A program made the translations under genes and the position numbers. Shown here piece by piece: positions 1 through 9,453 of a stretch of DNA of 54,008 nt. The notes beneath the pieces are model-generated. The model made no database searches. It worked only from the letters and a program-made list of their open reading frames with translations, and was not told where the DNA came from. Source of the DNA: a virus. Lineage: Duplodnaviria > Caudoviricetes. The DNA lies in IMG/VR virus record IMGVR_UViG_3300002124_000003, positions 1-54,008 of that record; one strand, written 5' to 3'. Each line of letters starts with the position of its first letter. Position 1 is the stretch's first letter.

Positions 1-74
1 GGCCGCACCGCGACTCCCGCCGATGCTGGTGCGGCTGCCCGCCGACGCCAGGACGCCCTCGATTTCGTCCTCAC
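1..74. repeat. Terminal direct repeat (identical to 53935-54008); circular assembly overlap
   Basis: The 74-bp sequence matches exactly at both ends, and the tape measure frame runs through the join. Confidence 0.97.
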
Positions 75-450
75 TCGCGCCGATCTCCCGCAGCCGCGCA
101 TTGACCTGCGCCAGCGTCTTTTCCAGCTTTTGCCCATCGCTGGTCGCTTTGGACAGCGCGCGCGACAGCTTATCCAGTTCGCTCTGTCGGCGCAGTTGGG
201 CCACTTTGTTGACCCAGCGGTCGGTGACATCGACGTTCTTCTGCGTTTCCTCGCGGGCTTTGCGCGCCGCCGCTTCGTAGTCCTTGAACGCCTGTTGGAT
301 ACGCGGGTTGTCGGGCACAACCGACCCGTGCAGCGTTTTCTTGAAGTCCGCCAGAAGCGCCTTGGCGCGGTTCAGCGCGCCCTGGTTGGCCGTGATTCGG
401 ACATCGATTTCGACGCTGTTCGGGTCGCTGCCGGGAATGGGTGAGACCAT
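1..450 (-). CDS. Tape measure protein, N-terminal part (continues at 53934; ~789 aa total)
   Basis: ATG at 450 (MVSPIPGSDPNSVEIDVRITANQG...) is open to base 1 and in frame with ORF 52015..53925 after circularisation; follows the tail chaperones. Confidence 0.9.
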   Translation of the reverse strand, partial: MVSPIPGSDPNSVEIDVRITANQGALNRAKALLADFKKTLHGSVVPDNPRIQQAFKDYEAAARKAREETQKNVDVTDRWVNKVAQLRRQSELDKLSRALSKATSDGQKLEKTLAQVNARLREIGASEDEIEGVLASAGSRTSIGGSRGAA

Positions 451-490
451 GAGATCCTCAAAAGTAAACCGCCCTTTCGGGCGGCATGGG

Positions 491-694
491 TCAGGGTTGG
501 GCCTGGCGGGTTAACTCGAATTCACGGACGGCGGTTTGACCCGCCTCCGCGCGTTGGGTGCGCATGACTTCTATGACGTGCTGCTGAGGCATGGCGATGG
601 TCGTGTGATACAGCCACACCCCGCCGCCGATCAGCAGCACGGCGCATAAAATCAGCGCCACGACGATCAGAACCCTACGTTCACGCTGCGACAT
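491..694 (-). CDS. Small single-pass membrane protein between tail chaperone and tape measure genes
   Basis: AAGGAGG RBS before ATG 694; hydrophobic stretch VLIVVALILCAVLLIGGGVWLY. Confidence 0.7.
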   Translation of the reverse strand: MSQRERRVLIVVALILCAVLLIGGGVWLYHTTIAMPQQHVIEVMRTQRAEAGQTAVREFELTRQAQP

Positions 695-729
695 GCTTCC
701 CTCCTTAGGTTTCGGATGAGTACAGCATA

Positions 730-1056
730 TCACTTCAGCAGTTCCTCCAGCGTAGGAATACCTTCCGCCGATGGCAATTGCTCATTCAGATGATGCCAGT
801 GTTCGAGCATCATCCAGTGGGTGAGTTCGCGGCGCACGAAGGTCGGCTGCTGAATCAGAGACCCCGGATAGGGCAGCGTGCCGAACGCCTTGTAATGCTG
901 ATACCAGTCGAAGGACTCATTGGGAAACACCCGCGTCCCCCAATCCTGAAGGTTTTCAGACAGGCGTCGCAGTTGTTTCAGGCGTTCGCGGGCGGATAAG
1001 TCCGTGCGCTCCAGGCGGGCCATCGTGGCAAAGTACTCATCGTACTCCGCGCGCAT
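730..1056 (-). CDS. Tail assembly chaperone, frameshift extension (gpT-like)
   Basis: In the -1 frame relative to 1077..1493 and open back to the slippery site. Confidence 0.75.
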   Translation of the reverse strand: MRAEYDEYFATMARLERTDLSARERLKQLRRLSENLQDWGTRVFPNESFDWYQHYKAFGTLPYPGSLIQQPTFVRRELTHWMMLEHWHHLNEQLPSAEGIPTLEELLK

Positions 1057-1076
1057 GGCCTCGCGTTTGGCCCGGA

Positions 1077-1493
1077 CTAGGGGATCGTCTCTTTTTTTTG
1101 GCTGAGCAACTCCGGGGGCAGCAGATCCGGGTCATTCGGCAGTTGGTCTACGGCGTTGACCGCGTTCAGCCATTGCAGCACACACTCGCCCGGCAGTTTG
1201 CCCCACGCCAGATAACAGGCCAGCATCCCCTCGGCATCGAACGGCGACTCGCACCACTCGAAACCCAGGTCGCCCACGACCTCAGATTGTGACCATGCCG
1301 CCGCAAACTGTTTGCGCCTGCCCCAGTCCCGACTTGAGATTTTGAGATCGCCGTCGTCGGTGGTGGCATAAACCTCTAGCGATACCTCGGCGGTCATGCG
1401 GTCGATAGCCGCAAATCCATCTTCAGCACGCACCGTCACGGTCGCCCGGCAGTCGCCGTTGATGATCTCGATTGTTTTAGGCTGCATGGTCAT
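1077..1493 (-). CDS. Tail assembly chaperone (gpG-like)
   Basis: Lies between major tail and tape measure genes; ends CAA AAA AAA GAG ACG ATC CCC TAG. Confidence 0.8.
   Translation of the reverse strand: MTMQPKTIEIINGDCRATVTVRAEDGFAAIDRMTAEVSLEVYATTDDGDLKISSRDWGRRKQFAAAWSQSEVVGDLGFEWCESPFDAEGMLACYLAWGKLPGECVLQWLNAVNAVDQLPNDPDLLPPELLSQKKETIP
1091..1100 (-). promoter_or_regulatory. Programmed -1 frameshift slippery site (CAAAAAAAAG)
   Basis: A-run at the canonical G/GT position; a -1 shift reads ...RDDPLVRAKREAMRAE into ORF 730..1056. Confidence 0.8.
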
Positions 1494-1499
1494 TGATCC

Positions 1500-2324
1500 T
1501 TACGAAAACTCATAAAACGCGACGGACGCCTGCCCCGACGTGGGGATGCTGCCCGCGTCGAACGTCACGGTCGAACCAGACAGCGTGTAGTGCGTGGTGC
1601 GGGTCTTGAGCGTGCCCGCCGTCCACAGGCTGGTCTTTGCCAGCGAGACCGGCACGCTGCTCAGCACCATTTCGTCATCCGTACCGCCGGTATGGCGGTG
1701 CAGGCGCATCCGGTTCTCCGCTACCAGCACCCAACCATCATAGGTGTCGCTGTCGGCGGGGGTGGCTCCCCAGGGGTAAATGCTCGACGGGTTGATCAGG
1801 CACGACCAGCGGTGCAGATGCGGTCCTTTGTTAGCTACCCCGGTCGGCCCCAGGTAGGACAGTTCGCCCTTCATGAGGAAGACCAGCCAGTGGGGCACGC
1901 CGAGGGTCGCGCTGGCCTGCGATTTGGCCTGCACGTTGATCGTCAGCCACATGGACTGTGGGGTGCGCGTGCCGGGCCGCAGCCCCAGCAACGTGTAGTT
2001 GGTGTCGATAACGTCCAGCGTTTTGTTGTCGGTCGCGGCGGCCACGTCGAAATCCAGCGCGCCGGTTTCAAACTCAATCGCGCTTTCGGTGTCGCTGTCG
2101 AATTGGAACGTCCCCAGGCGGCCATCGCCGCCCGGAATGTTGACGCGTTCCATTGGCGGGATAGTGATGTTGGCCGTCTGCGGGCCGATCACGTCAAACC
2201 CGCCGCTGTCGCTGTCATCCGCCGGGGCCTTGACGGAACCGGCAAAGACGCCGTTGCTATCAGCAAAGCCCAGGTAAATGCTGTCCAGGCCCGACGAGAT
2301 AAGCTGTTTCAGATTGTTTGCCAT
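1500..2324 (-). CDS. Major tail (tube) protein
   Basis: 274 aa, beta-rich, directly upstream of the chaperones; short C-terminal extra domain. Confidence 0.75.
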   Translation of the reverse strand: MANNLKQLISSGLDSIYLGFADSNGVFAGSVKAPADDSDSGGFDVIGPQTANITIPPMERVNIPGGDGRLGTFQFDSDTESAIEFETGALDFDVAAATDNKTLDVIDTNYTLLGLRPGTRTPQSMWLTINVQAKSQASATLGVPHWLVFLMKGELSYLGPTGVANKGPHLHRWSCLINPSSIYPWGATPADSDTYDGWVLVAENRMRLHRHTGGTDDEMVLSSVPVSLAKTSLWTAGTLKTRTTHYTLSGSTVTFDAGSIPTSGQASVAFYEFS

Positions 2325-2326
2325 GC

Positions 2327-2569
2327 TTATTTATCCTTTGCGGGCGCTTTGGGCGCTTTGCCCGTCTGGGCCAGTACGGTCAATGCCTTCAACCGGTCGT
2401 CCGAGAGCGTCGCCAGGCACAGCACGTAAAACGGCGTGCCCGCAATCCGCTGGCGCACGGGGTGATCGCTTTTCTGCAAACGCCGTCCGGTGACGGCGCA
2501 CACCACAGGTCGCCGCCCGCCTTCCTTGACGGTCGTGCCAAACAGGTCGTCAAATGGAACATCGTTCAT
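2327..2569 (-). CDS. Hypothetical protein
   Basis: GGAGG RBS and ATGA overlap at 2566-2569 favour a start at 2569. Confidence 0.6.
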   Translation of the reverse strand: MNDVPFDDLFGTTVKEGGRRPVVCAVTGRRLQKSDHPVRQRIAGTPFYVLCLATLSDDRLKALTVLAQTGKAPKAPAKDK

Positions 2570-3030
2570 GGATTTACGTCCTCCAATACGGGCAGCGTGA
2601 ACACGATGCCCCACCAACTCAAGCCGGAGCGCTCGATACGGATAATCCCGCCGTCGCTCATCAATTCACTGTCATAGACCATCTCGGCCAGCGCCGTCCC
2701 GTGCAGGCGCGGGCGGGCCGCAAAGAATTTAGGAACGTCGTACTTAAACACCTCGCAGGTTTCCATGACTACCGTGTCAGGCGCCAGCACGTCTACATTG
2801 GCGCACACCGCCACGTGCAGCAGCACAGTAAACAGGTGACGCTCGATATAGGTGTCGGCAGTCAGCCAGCGGCGCGTCGTCGGTACATGCAGCAGGCGCG
2901 TGACTGCGGTCGGCAGCGTCGTAAAGGGCGCGTCCTGCGCCGGGTAGTCATCCACCGAAGCGGTGACACCGGAGACCTGAGCCATCAGGGCCACGATGCG
3001 ATCCTTGATTTGCGCCGGGGTCGAAGCCAT
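2566..3030 (-). CDS. Putative tail terminator
   Basis: Size and position; N-terminal helix followed by alternating strands. Confidence 0.55.
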   Translation of the reverse strand: MASTPAQIKDRIVALMAQVSGVTASVDDYPAQDAPFTTLPTAVTRLLHVPTTRRWLTADTYIERHLFTVLLHVAVCANVDVLAPDTVVMETCEVFKYDVPKFFAARPRLHGTALAEMVYDSELMSDGGIIRIERSGLSWWGIVFTLPVLEDVNP

Positions 3031-3525
3031 CTAGCGAGTCCTCATCTTCTGATTGGCCGCGTCGAAGTAGGCGCGCACCGTCGTATCGCGGACGATGCGC
3101 GTCACCTCATGCACGTGTTCGCGCGTCACCGGCCAGCCGGTATCGGCATGAAACGCCTGCTGGCGATCCCCGACCACATAGGTAGCTTTTGACCACAGGT
3201 TGCGAATGCGCAGCACGGCCCCGGTCGGCAGCGGTTCGGCGGTGCAGCGCCATTGACGCCCCAGCCCGCCAGTGCGCCCCGTCCATTCGCCCCGGCGGAT
3301 TTTCGCCATGACGTAACGGATTTGTTTGGGTGTGGCGAGGCGCTTGAAGACGCCCGCGCCAATCGGACGCGGATAGGGTTGCAGATATTGCACCATGTAG
3401 GTTTCAAGCGCCGGTTGTAGTTTCTCGGTCGCCAACTGCTGCAAGACTGTGGGGGTGGCTCCGATGTGCAGAATCCACTGATCCAGCACCTGATCATTTA
3501 TGGCGCTTTCGATAGTGGCGAACAT
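3031..3525 (-). CDS. Putative neck/tail completion protein (HK97 gp10-like)
   Basis: RTGGLGRQW...YVVG...QQAFH motif pattern and synteny. Confidence 0.55.
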   Translation of the reverse strand: MFATIESAINDQVLDQWILHIGATPTVLQQLATEKLQPALETYMVQYLQPYPRPIGAGVFKRLATPKQIRYVMAKIRRGEWTGRTGGLGRQWRCTAEPLPTGAVLRIRNLWSKATYVVGDRQQAFHADTGWPVTREHVHEVTRIVRDTTVRAYFDAANQKMRTR

Positions 3526-3527
3526 CG

Positions 3528-3875
3528 TCAGATGCCCAGATCGTCATAGTCGGTGTCGATGTTCAGATCGATGACGCCCGCTTGCAGGCTGCCCCCGGCC
3601 ATCCCCGCCCGTGCCTCGGCCTGTTTCAGCAGTTTTTCCATATTCTGATAGCGCTGATTCAGGCTTTCGCTGTTCAGGTCCATCGACTTATCGACGTACA
3701 CAGCGGTCATGCCGATGCGCCGCCGCAGCACGTAGACCACCGCCGCGTCCCACGACCCGGCGTCGTCATACTCCGCCTGCAATTCGGTATCGTTCAGGTG
3801 GTCTTTATCGTTGGTCGTGGTGCGCCCGCCGGTCAGATCACGCAAACGAGTGTACTGCGTCACCGAAAGGGTCAT
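3528..3875 (-). CDS. Putative head-tail adaptor
   Basis: RLRDLTG...LNDTEL helical pattern, 115 aa, synteny. Confidence 0.6.
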   Translation of the reverse strand: MTLSVTQYTRLRDLTGGRTTTNDKDHLNDTELQAEYDDAGSWDAAVVYVLRRRIGMTAVYVDKSMDLNSESLNQRYQNMEKLLKQAEARAGMAGGSLQAGVIDLNIDTDYDDLGI

Positions 3876-3878
3876 ACG

Positions 3879-4373
3879 TCACCCGGCGTCATTGCGCCAC
3901 AGCGTGAACTGCCAGAACAGCTTGAGCGCCGCGTAGGTCGGCGTGGCCGTGCAGACGGCGTAGGCATAGATGTTGGTATCTACCGGACGCAGTTCGATGC
4001 CCAGACCCGTGTTGCCGACGCCGCCATGCCCACCCTTGATCGCATATTTCTCTGCATTCAGGGTGAGGTAGTCGGTCGTGGCAAACACCAGCGGCTGATC
4101 GATCAGCAGGCGAGTGTCGGCTTCGGTCATGGCCGCTGCGAAGGCGGCGTCATCCAGGATGGCCGTCGGCGTGTCCCGAAACAGGTACAGTGACAACTCC
4201 GCCGCTTCAGCGTCATTGTCTACCAGCTTGACATGACGCAGCATGCCCCCCTTTTGCCCTACCGGAATGGTCATCACCCCGCCCACGACATCCCCGGCCT
4301 GATAGGCGTTGGTGTCTATGGTCGGGTTGATTTCCACGAAGCTGAGCGCGCCCAGCACCTTGAGGCTAGCCAC
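3879..4373 (-). CDS. Putative virion structural protein
   Basis: Beta-rich, DTNAYQAGDVVGG motif, located in the head-tail block. Confidence 0.5.
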   Translation of the reverse strand: MASLKVLGALSFVEINPTIDTNAYQAGDVVGGVMTIPVGQKGGMLRHVKLVDNDAEAAELSLYLFRDTPTAILDDAAFAAAMTEADTRLLIDQPLVFATTDYLTLNAEKYAIKGGHGGVGNTGLGIELRPVDTNIYAYAVCTATPTYAALKLFWQFTLWRNDAG

Positions 4374-4626
4374 GTTTGGCCCCCTTCGGCGGAGGCTTGC
4401 GACCGGCAGCTACCGCAAACGCCTCGGCGTGCTGGTCTTTGGTCGTCTGTACAGGCTCGGGATCAACCAGCACGTCCGCCAGTTCTTCCGGGCTGACCAG
4501 GCCATGCGCGTGCAGTTCGATCAGCAGGTCTTCGATGCGCTGTAATTGCTCTTCGATAGCGCCCAGGCGCTCCTCAGTCGTAGCCATACTTTTCATCGTG
4601 CGCGCGACCGCGCGTGAAGCTTTCAT
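4366..4626 (-). CDS. Hypothetical protein
   Basis: ORF in operon orientation with overlapping junction. Confidence 0.5.
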   Translation of the reverse strand: MKASRAVARTMKSMATTEERLGAIEEQLQRIEDLLIELHAHGLVSPEELADVLVDPEPVQTTKDQHAEAFAVAAGRKPPPKGAKRG

Positions 4627-4650
4627 GGGTAACTCCTAACTAAAGGCGAC

Positions 4651-5682
4651 TTACGCCCCACTTAAACCGACAGATCCTATATTCTCCAGGATCAGCCAGC
4701 GCGTGGTTGAGATGGCAATCAGGTGCAGTGCTTCGCCCGGCGCGTCAAAAGTGGCAATGTCATTTCCGCTGGCGTCAATGGTGACACCCGTAAATGTCAC
4801 GGTATGCGCGGCTGTGCCGGAGGCGCTGTTATCGGTGATAATCAGTTCGTCCCCCACCGCCGGTGCGTCCAGCGTGGCTTCAATGATGACCGTCGCATGA
4901 TTGAGCAGCACCAGGCCGCTGTTGATGGTGATCGCGCCGGTTTCGGTCAACTCCTGACTGGCGCGCCCGGCGTGCGCTGTGCCGTCCTTAACCAGCACCC
5001 CGTCTACCGTCACACCCGTACCGTTAGTCGTCTCCGCAATCGTGTTGGTGGCAATCGTGGAACCGGACAGTGCGGTGAGCGTGTTGGCCGTAATCTGGAA
5101 GTCCGCCGCACCGTTGACTTCGATGTCAATCGTGTCATCGGTACTCGCCACAATGGAGGTGTCATTGTCGGCGTCCAGATCGATCTTTGTGCCCTGGAGG
5201 TCGATGCCCACGTCGAACCCCGTGCCCAGCATCAGGCCGGTTTCGACCACCTGCGCATCGCCAGTGATGTTGTCGATCTTGATGGCATTGACGGTGTTCG
5301 TACCCCCGCTGGCGTTGCCGATTTCCAGATCGATGTTGAGCGCGTTGTGCTCATTCGTCCCAGTCGTATCGACCGGCGTGGTCGCCGCAATTTCGACAAT
5401 GTTGGTCGTCGTGGCGCTGTCGGCGGTCGCCACTGCTTTGATGACGATGTGATCGACACTCTTGAGTTCGATGTCGATCTGATCGTCACTCGGCGCGCTG
5501 ATAGTGGTATCGCCATCGGTGTCCAGTACCAGCGCATCGGCCTCGCCATTGAGGTCGACCACTTCACTGCTGCCCAATGCCAGGCCACCCGCAATGGAAT
5601 TGCCATGCACCCGCAGGGTGTTGGTGTCAATCTCACTGGCGGCAATCCGCTTCACGCGGAACTTTCGGGCTGTATTAGCCAT
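4651..5682 (-). CDS. Putative head fibre/decoration protein
   Basis: T/D/A-rich with internal repeat LDTDGDTTISAPSDDQIDIE / LDADNDTSIVASTDDTIDIE; follows the capsid gene. Confidence 0.5.
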   Translation of the reverse strand: MANTARKFRVKRIAASEIDTNTLRVHGNSIAGGLALGSSEVVDLNGEADALVLDTDGDTTISAPSDDQIDIELKSVDHIVIKAVATADSATTTNIVEIAATTPVDTTGTNEHNALNIDLEIGNASGGTNTVNAIKIDNITGDAQVVETGLMLGTGFDVGIDLQGTKIDLDADNDTSIVASTDDTIDIEVNGAADFQITANTLTALSGSTIATNTIAETTNGTGVTVDGVLVKDGTAHAGRASQELTETGAITINSGLVLLNHATVIIEATLDAPAVGDELIITDNSASGTAAHTVTFTGVTIDASGNDIATFDAPGEALHLIAISTTRWLILENIGSVGLSGA

Positions 5683-5696
5683 AGGATAATCTCCCT

Positions 5697-5721
5697 GTAA
5701 AGGGGCGGTGGCCCGCCCCTT
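5697..5721 (-). terminator. Hairpin after capsid gene (weak terminator or stabiliser)
   Basis: AAGGGGCGG-GCCA-CCGCCCCTT with a short U-tract. Confidence 0.55.
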
Positions 5722-5740
5722 GCGTTCAGATCAGTTGTGT

Positions 5741-6823
5741 TTAGGTGTAGTCGGCGGGGACGGTGTAGCTTCCCCCCGTGCCTAGTTCCATGACGACGCC
5801 ATTGAGCCGGTTGCGCACGGCGATACCGAAGCGCCCGCGATAGATGGCGCTTTGCAGCGGGTGGTCAACATCCGTCGCCACGAGGTTCAGCCCACGAGGC
5901 AGGCCGGTAGCCGCCGGATCGACGCGTTCGACGCAGGGCGGGGGCGCTTCCAGATGCACGCCTAGCAGGTAGTTGTCGGGCATGTAGCTCCATTCCACGA
6001 CCCACACGCCATTGGAACGGCCCTTGATGACACCTGGCACGTTTGGCAGATTGACCGGGACATCCCGGTTATCGCCGGAACGCACGAAGCGATCTTCGAC
6101 CTGATCGAAGTCCGTCAGGTCTTCCAGGTAAGGCGTTTCAGTGTGATGGCAGAAGACCACCACATTGTCGCCGCCGGTGGTCGTGCCGAAGTGTTCCAGC
6201 AGTTCCAGGCGCATCGTGGGCAGCGGGTTGTTGGTGTCGGTGATGGACGCCGCCGCATAGCCCGATTCGCTGTAGTGATCGTCAGTGGCTTCGGTCGTGG
6301 CTCCCAGTACCGGCGGGAAGGTGGTCGTGTCGCCGTTCGCCAGCGGTACGACGGTGATGTTGCCCCAGTTCTTGTCGGCATAAGTTTCACTGGAGCCAGC
6401 CTGATCATCGAAGATGGCATGAAACAGCTGCCAGCGGCGCTCTTCCGTGTAGCGGTTGAGGATGGTATCGATGGCGTTCTGGTACTCACCGGGCGTCATG
6501 TAGGCGAAGTCCACATCGTCGGTGACGACGGCTTCCTCGAAGTCATACAGCGGGAAACCCACGTCCCACCCGCCATAGGCTTTCACGGCGGGGCCACGCA
6601 CGCCCGTCACCCGGCGCGACATGCGCCCTGTGCCGGGCAGTTTGAAGCGTTCATTGTGATTCTCAGTCATCCCGGCGATGAACACGCTTTCAAAGCGGGT
6701 GATCTGCGCGGTGAACATACGGGTGTATTCCTGCGTGGCCGTATAGATCACTTCCTCACCGGCAGTATTGACGTACTGGTAATCGGCGGCGGCTAGGTTC
6801 GCCAAACCAAAGATTGCGCTCAT
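5741..6823 (-). CDS. Major capsid protein
   Basis: 360 aa, downstream of scaffold and decoration genes; HK97-like C-terminal YRGRFGIAVRN strand. Confidence 0.8.
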   Translation of the reverse strand: MSAIFGLANLAAADYQYVNTAGEEVIYTATQEYTRMFTAQITRFESVFIAGMTENHNERFKLPGTGRMSRRVTGVRGPAVKAYGGWDVGFPLYDFEEAVVTDDVDFAYMTPGEYQNAIDTILNRYTEERRWQLFHAIFDDQAGSSETYADKNWGNITVVPLANGDTTTFPPVLGATTEATDDHYSESGYAAASITDTNNPLPTMRLELLEHFGTTTGGDNVVVFCHHTETPYLEDLTDFDQVEDRFVRSGDNRDVPVNLPNVPGVIKGRSNGVWVVEWSYMPDNYLLGVHLEAPPPCVERVDPAATGLPRGLNLVATDVDHPLQSAIYRGRFGIAVRNRLNGVVMELGTGGSYTVPADYT

Positions 6824-6832
6824 TTTGGCCTC

Positions 6833-7246
6833 CTATGCCCACACATTCGTCCAGTCGAATTCGACGTAGACGACTTTCGTCGTATCCGGGGCGGGAATGA
6901 CCAGCCCACAGACCACATTCGTGCCACCAGTGGCATCCGCCAGCGCCCCGGCGGTGACGCTCAGATACAGCAGCGCATCGCCATTGAGGGCAGAGACGGC
7001 AAAGCCATACAGCCAGCCACGTTTCATCATGGGAACCCATGCCCCGGCGGCTCCCCCTTCCAACGCTATACCGCGCGCCTGGATCGTGCCGGAGCCATTG
7101 GCATCCGCCAGCCCAAACGTCCCGGTAATGGCCTGATAAAGCACCTGCCCCGGCGTGACAGTTTCTGCCAGTTGCACGGCGAAGACCTCGTCTTTGTCAG
7201 GGTGTACGCGGCCTACCTGGGCCGCAGTGACCACAATATCGGTCAT
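6833..7246 (-). CDS. Capsid decoration/cement protein (DUF2190-like)
   Basis: AETVTPGQVLY...ARGIAL...G...LYLS.TAG pattern, between scaffold and capsid genes. Confidence 0.7.
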   Translation of the reverse strand: MTDIVVTAAQVGRVHPDKDEVFAVQLAETVTPGQVLYQAITGTFGLADANGSGTIQARGIALEGGAAGAWVPMMKRGWLYGFAVSALNGDALLYLSVTAGALADATGGTNVVCGLVIPAPDTTKVVYVEFDWTNVWA

Positions 7247-7256
7247 GAGATGTCTC

Positions 7257-7964
7257 CTAGTAACGAACTCGGATTTGCTTGCGAATATCTTCTTTCAATT
7301 TGTCACTGGCCGGGACTTTGCCCTGCGCGTTGGACAGTGAACCGGGGCCGCCGCTTCTGAACATACCGGCATAGTCCTTTTTGGCCGTCGTCGCCAACGC
7401 GTCGATCTTTTTGGCGTCCAGCGTGCCATCGTCGGACATGACGGCCTGTACGTCGGCAGTGTGTTCCACCAGCAGCAGGTTCAGGACCGACTGCGGTTTC
7501 TCGGCGCTGGCGCTGGTCAGGGCGTTGAGGATGGCCGCGTTGCGGCGTTCCTCCATCCGTTCCTGCTGCGCTTTGGCCGCTGCACTTTCGGCGTCGGCGG
7601 TTTTCTTCTCAAGGTCGGCGATCCTCTTTTGCGCCTTTTCGAGTTCGGTCTGCTGCGCCGCTTCCGCCTCTGCCGCCGCTTTCGCTTTGGCTTTCAGGGT
7701 ATCGGCGCTGTCAAAACCCAACTCTTTGACCAGATCGGCAATCGCCGCTTCTCTGGCGCGGGCGGCGCGTTCGCCCAGCAGCTTATCTAGCTGCTCTTGC
7801 GTGAAGGTCTTGCCCGCAGTCTCCCCCGATTTGGCCGGTGGGGTTTCCGGTGCGGGTATCTCTTCAACCGGTTCGTCGGCGTACCAGGCCCGACGTTTGA
7901 GCAGATTGATGGCGCTGGCGCGTGAGGTGCGCAGAGTCTTGAACCCCGGTTCACTTTGAAACAT
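7257..7964 (-). CDS. Capsid scaffolding protein
   Basis: KTFTQEQLD motif followed by an Ala/Glu/Lys coiled coil. Confidence 0.8.
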   Translation of the reverse strand: MFQSEPGFKTLRTSRASAINLLKRRAWYADEPVEEIPAPETPPAKSGETAGKTFTQEQLDKLLGERAARAREAAIADLVKELGFDSADTLKAKAKAAAEAEAAQQTELEKAQKRIADLEKKTADAESAAAKAQQERMEERRNAAILNALTSASAEKPQSVLNLLLVEHTADVQAVMSDDGTLDAKKIDALATTAKKDYAGMFRSGGPGSLSNAQGKVPASDKLKEDIRKQIRVRY

Positions 7965-8010
7965 GATGTACTCCTACCAGCAGAGTCCGCTGCTGTGCCG
8001 TAATTTGGAC

Positions 8011-8035
8011 AAACAAAAACGCCCCAGAGGGCGTC
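8011..8035 (-). terminator. Intrinsic terminator
   Basis: GACGCCC-TCTG-GGGCGTT-TTTGTTT. Confidence 0.75.
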
Positions 8036-8068
8036 GCTTGTAGGAAATGTATTGAGACTAAGTGTCAG

Positions 8069-8365
8069 TTATTCGTATGGGTAGAACTTCCCATCATCCT
8101 TGAGATACACCAGCATTCCCGGTTCAACACGAACACCGGCTCCGATGCTCTTCAGGGATGCTAGTGCCACAGGTTCGCCAACCTCGAAAAAGCCCGATGT
8201 GACAATGGTATGATCGTTCAATGCGATGCCGATAGGCCCTTGAGGAACGGATTGTACGATTTCATAATCATTGATGACTTCCGTCTGTGGCAACTTTGCG
8301 CCGACAGCGGCTGCCCCGACTCCGATACCCAGTCGCCTAAGAAAATCACGTCGTGAGATCATCAT
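8069..8365 (-). CDS. Tat-signal protein, moron-like
   Basis: SRRDFL twin-arginine motif plus h-region; GGAGG RBS; own extended -10 (TGGTAGAAT, 8392-8400) and terminator. Confidence 0.75.
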   Translation of the reverse strand: MMISRRDFLRRLGIGVGAAAVGAKLPQTEVINDYEIVQSVPQGPIGIALNDHTIVTSGFFEVGEPVALASLKSIGAGVRVEPGMLVYLKDDGKFYPYE

Positions 8366-8415
8366 TCCTCCACTGCTGCTTATGATACCTTATTCTACCA
8401 CATTCGGCGTTGGAA

Positions 8416-9453
8416 TTACGCAAACGTGCCTATCGTGCTATACGGCCCCAGAACGCCATTTCTCACCTGGATCGGCGACCACAGCGCCGCACGATTTTCG
8501 CAGGTTGAGCAGTGTTCGGCGGGGCGCAGCGTCCAGAAGCAGTCGAAGCCGCCTTCTACCTGCCGAATGTCCCACCAACAGCGGCAGTGGCCGAGGCATT
8601 CACTCTGTCCATCCTTCGGATAGGCAGGCAGCAAAGGAATGCCCAGACGGGCCACCGCCCCTTCCTGCAAACTGGCCTGTCCATTATCGAGATACATTCT
8701 GGCGCGCGCCTTGATCTGCTCTGGCGTCAGCTTGCCCGCCCGGATGTCCGCTGCGAACCCGTCCAGAAATTCCCACTGCTGGCGGATGCGTTCATTCAGT
8801 CGGGCCAAATCTGCGCCGTCCAGTTCGCGGCCCAGCCCACTGCGATAAAGCGCCGCGTGCAGATTGCGGTCGGCGATCCGCATTTGTTCGAGCCATTGAT
8901 CGACTGTCAACTGGCCGCTGTGGACCTGTGCGCTCAGATCATCCATGACCGAACCGAAGTGCTCAACCAGCGCCCCGGCATTCGTCCCAGCGTCCGCACC
9001 CGTATCAGGCAGGATCACCCGTCCCGGCGTGCGCACCCGGCCCAACAGCGCGAGCAGGGCCGCGCCGATGGCTGCCGGGATTAGCGGGCTGCTGGGCTGC
9101 TCGACGAGTCGTTCGCCTTCGGCCTGAATGCTGTCCAGGGTATCCGCAAACAATTCGAGCCTTCGCTGGGTGTCCGCTGGAGTACGGCTATTGTCTGGCC
9201 GTTCGAGCAAACGGATAAGGCGGTCAAGTTCAGCGTAATTCTGCTGGATGAGTTCCCGCAGCTTGTCGTCGATGTCGGCATTGCGTTGGCCTCCTGTGCC
9301 ACTTAAAAACGCGATGGTGATGTCTTCCGCCAGTTCCTGACGCATCACGGCCCGCAGTTGGTCTAAGGTAATCTCGCCCGCCGCCAGTGCCAGCGCGAGC
9401 AAGGCGGCCCGGTGACGCAGGCGGTCGTCAGCGGGAGAGGTCTGGGCTGCCAT
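8416..9453 (-). CDS. Minor head morphogenesis protein (MuF/gp7-like)
   Basis: Follows the portal; C-terminal CLGHCRC and EHCSTC motifs. Confidence 0.65.
   Translation of the reverse strand: MAAQTSPADDRLRHRAALLALALAAGEITLDQLRAVMRQELAEDITIAFLSGTGGQRNADIDDKLRELIQQNYAELDRLIRLLERPDNSRTPADTQRRLELFADTLDSIQAEGERLVEQPSSPLIPAAIGAALLALLGRVRTPGRVILPDTGADAGTNAGALVEHFGSVMDDLSAQVHSGQLTVDQWLEQMRIADRNLHAALYRSGLGRELDGADLARLNERIRQQWEFLDGFAADIRAGKLTPEQIKARARMYLDNGQASLQEGAVARLGIPLLPAYPKDGQSECLGHCRCWWDIRQVEGGFDCFWTLRPAEHCSTCENRAALWSPIQVRNGVLGPYSTIGTFA

Noticed and set aside
1-74. Biological terminal repeat
   Set aside because: It lies inside the tape measure gene, so it is better explained as assembly overlap of a circular or permuted genome.
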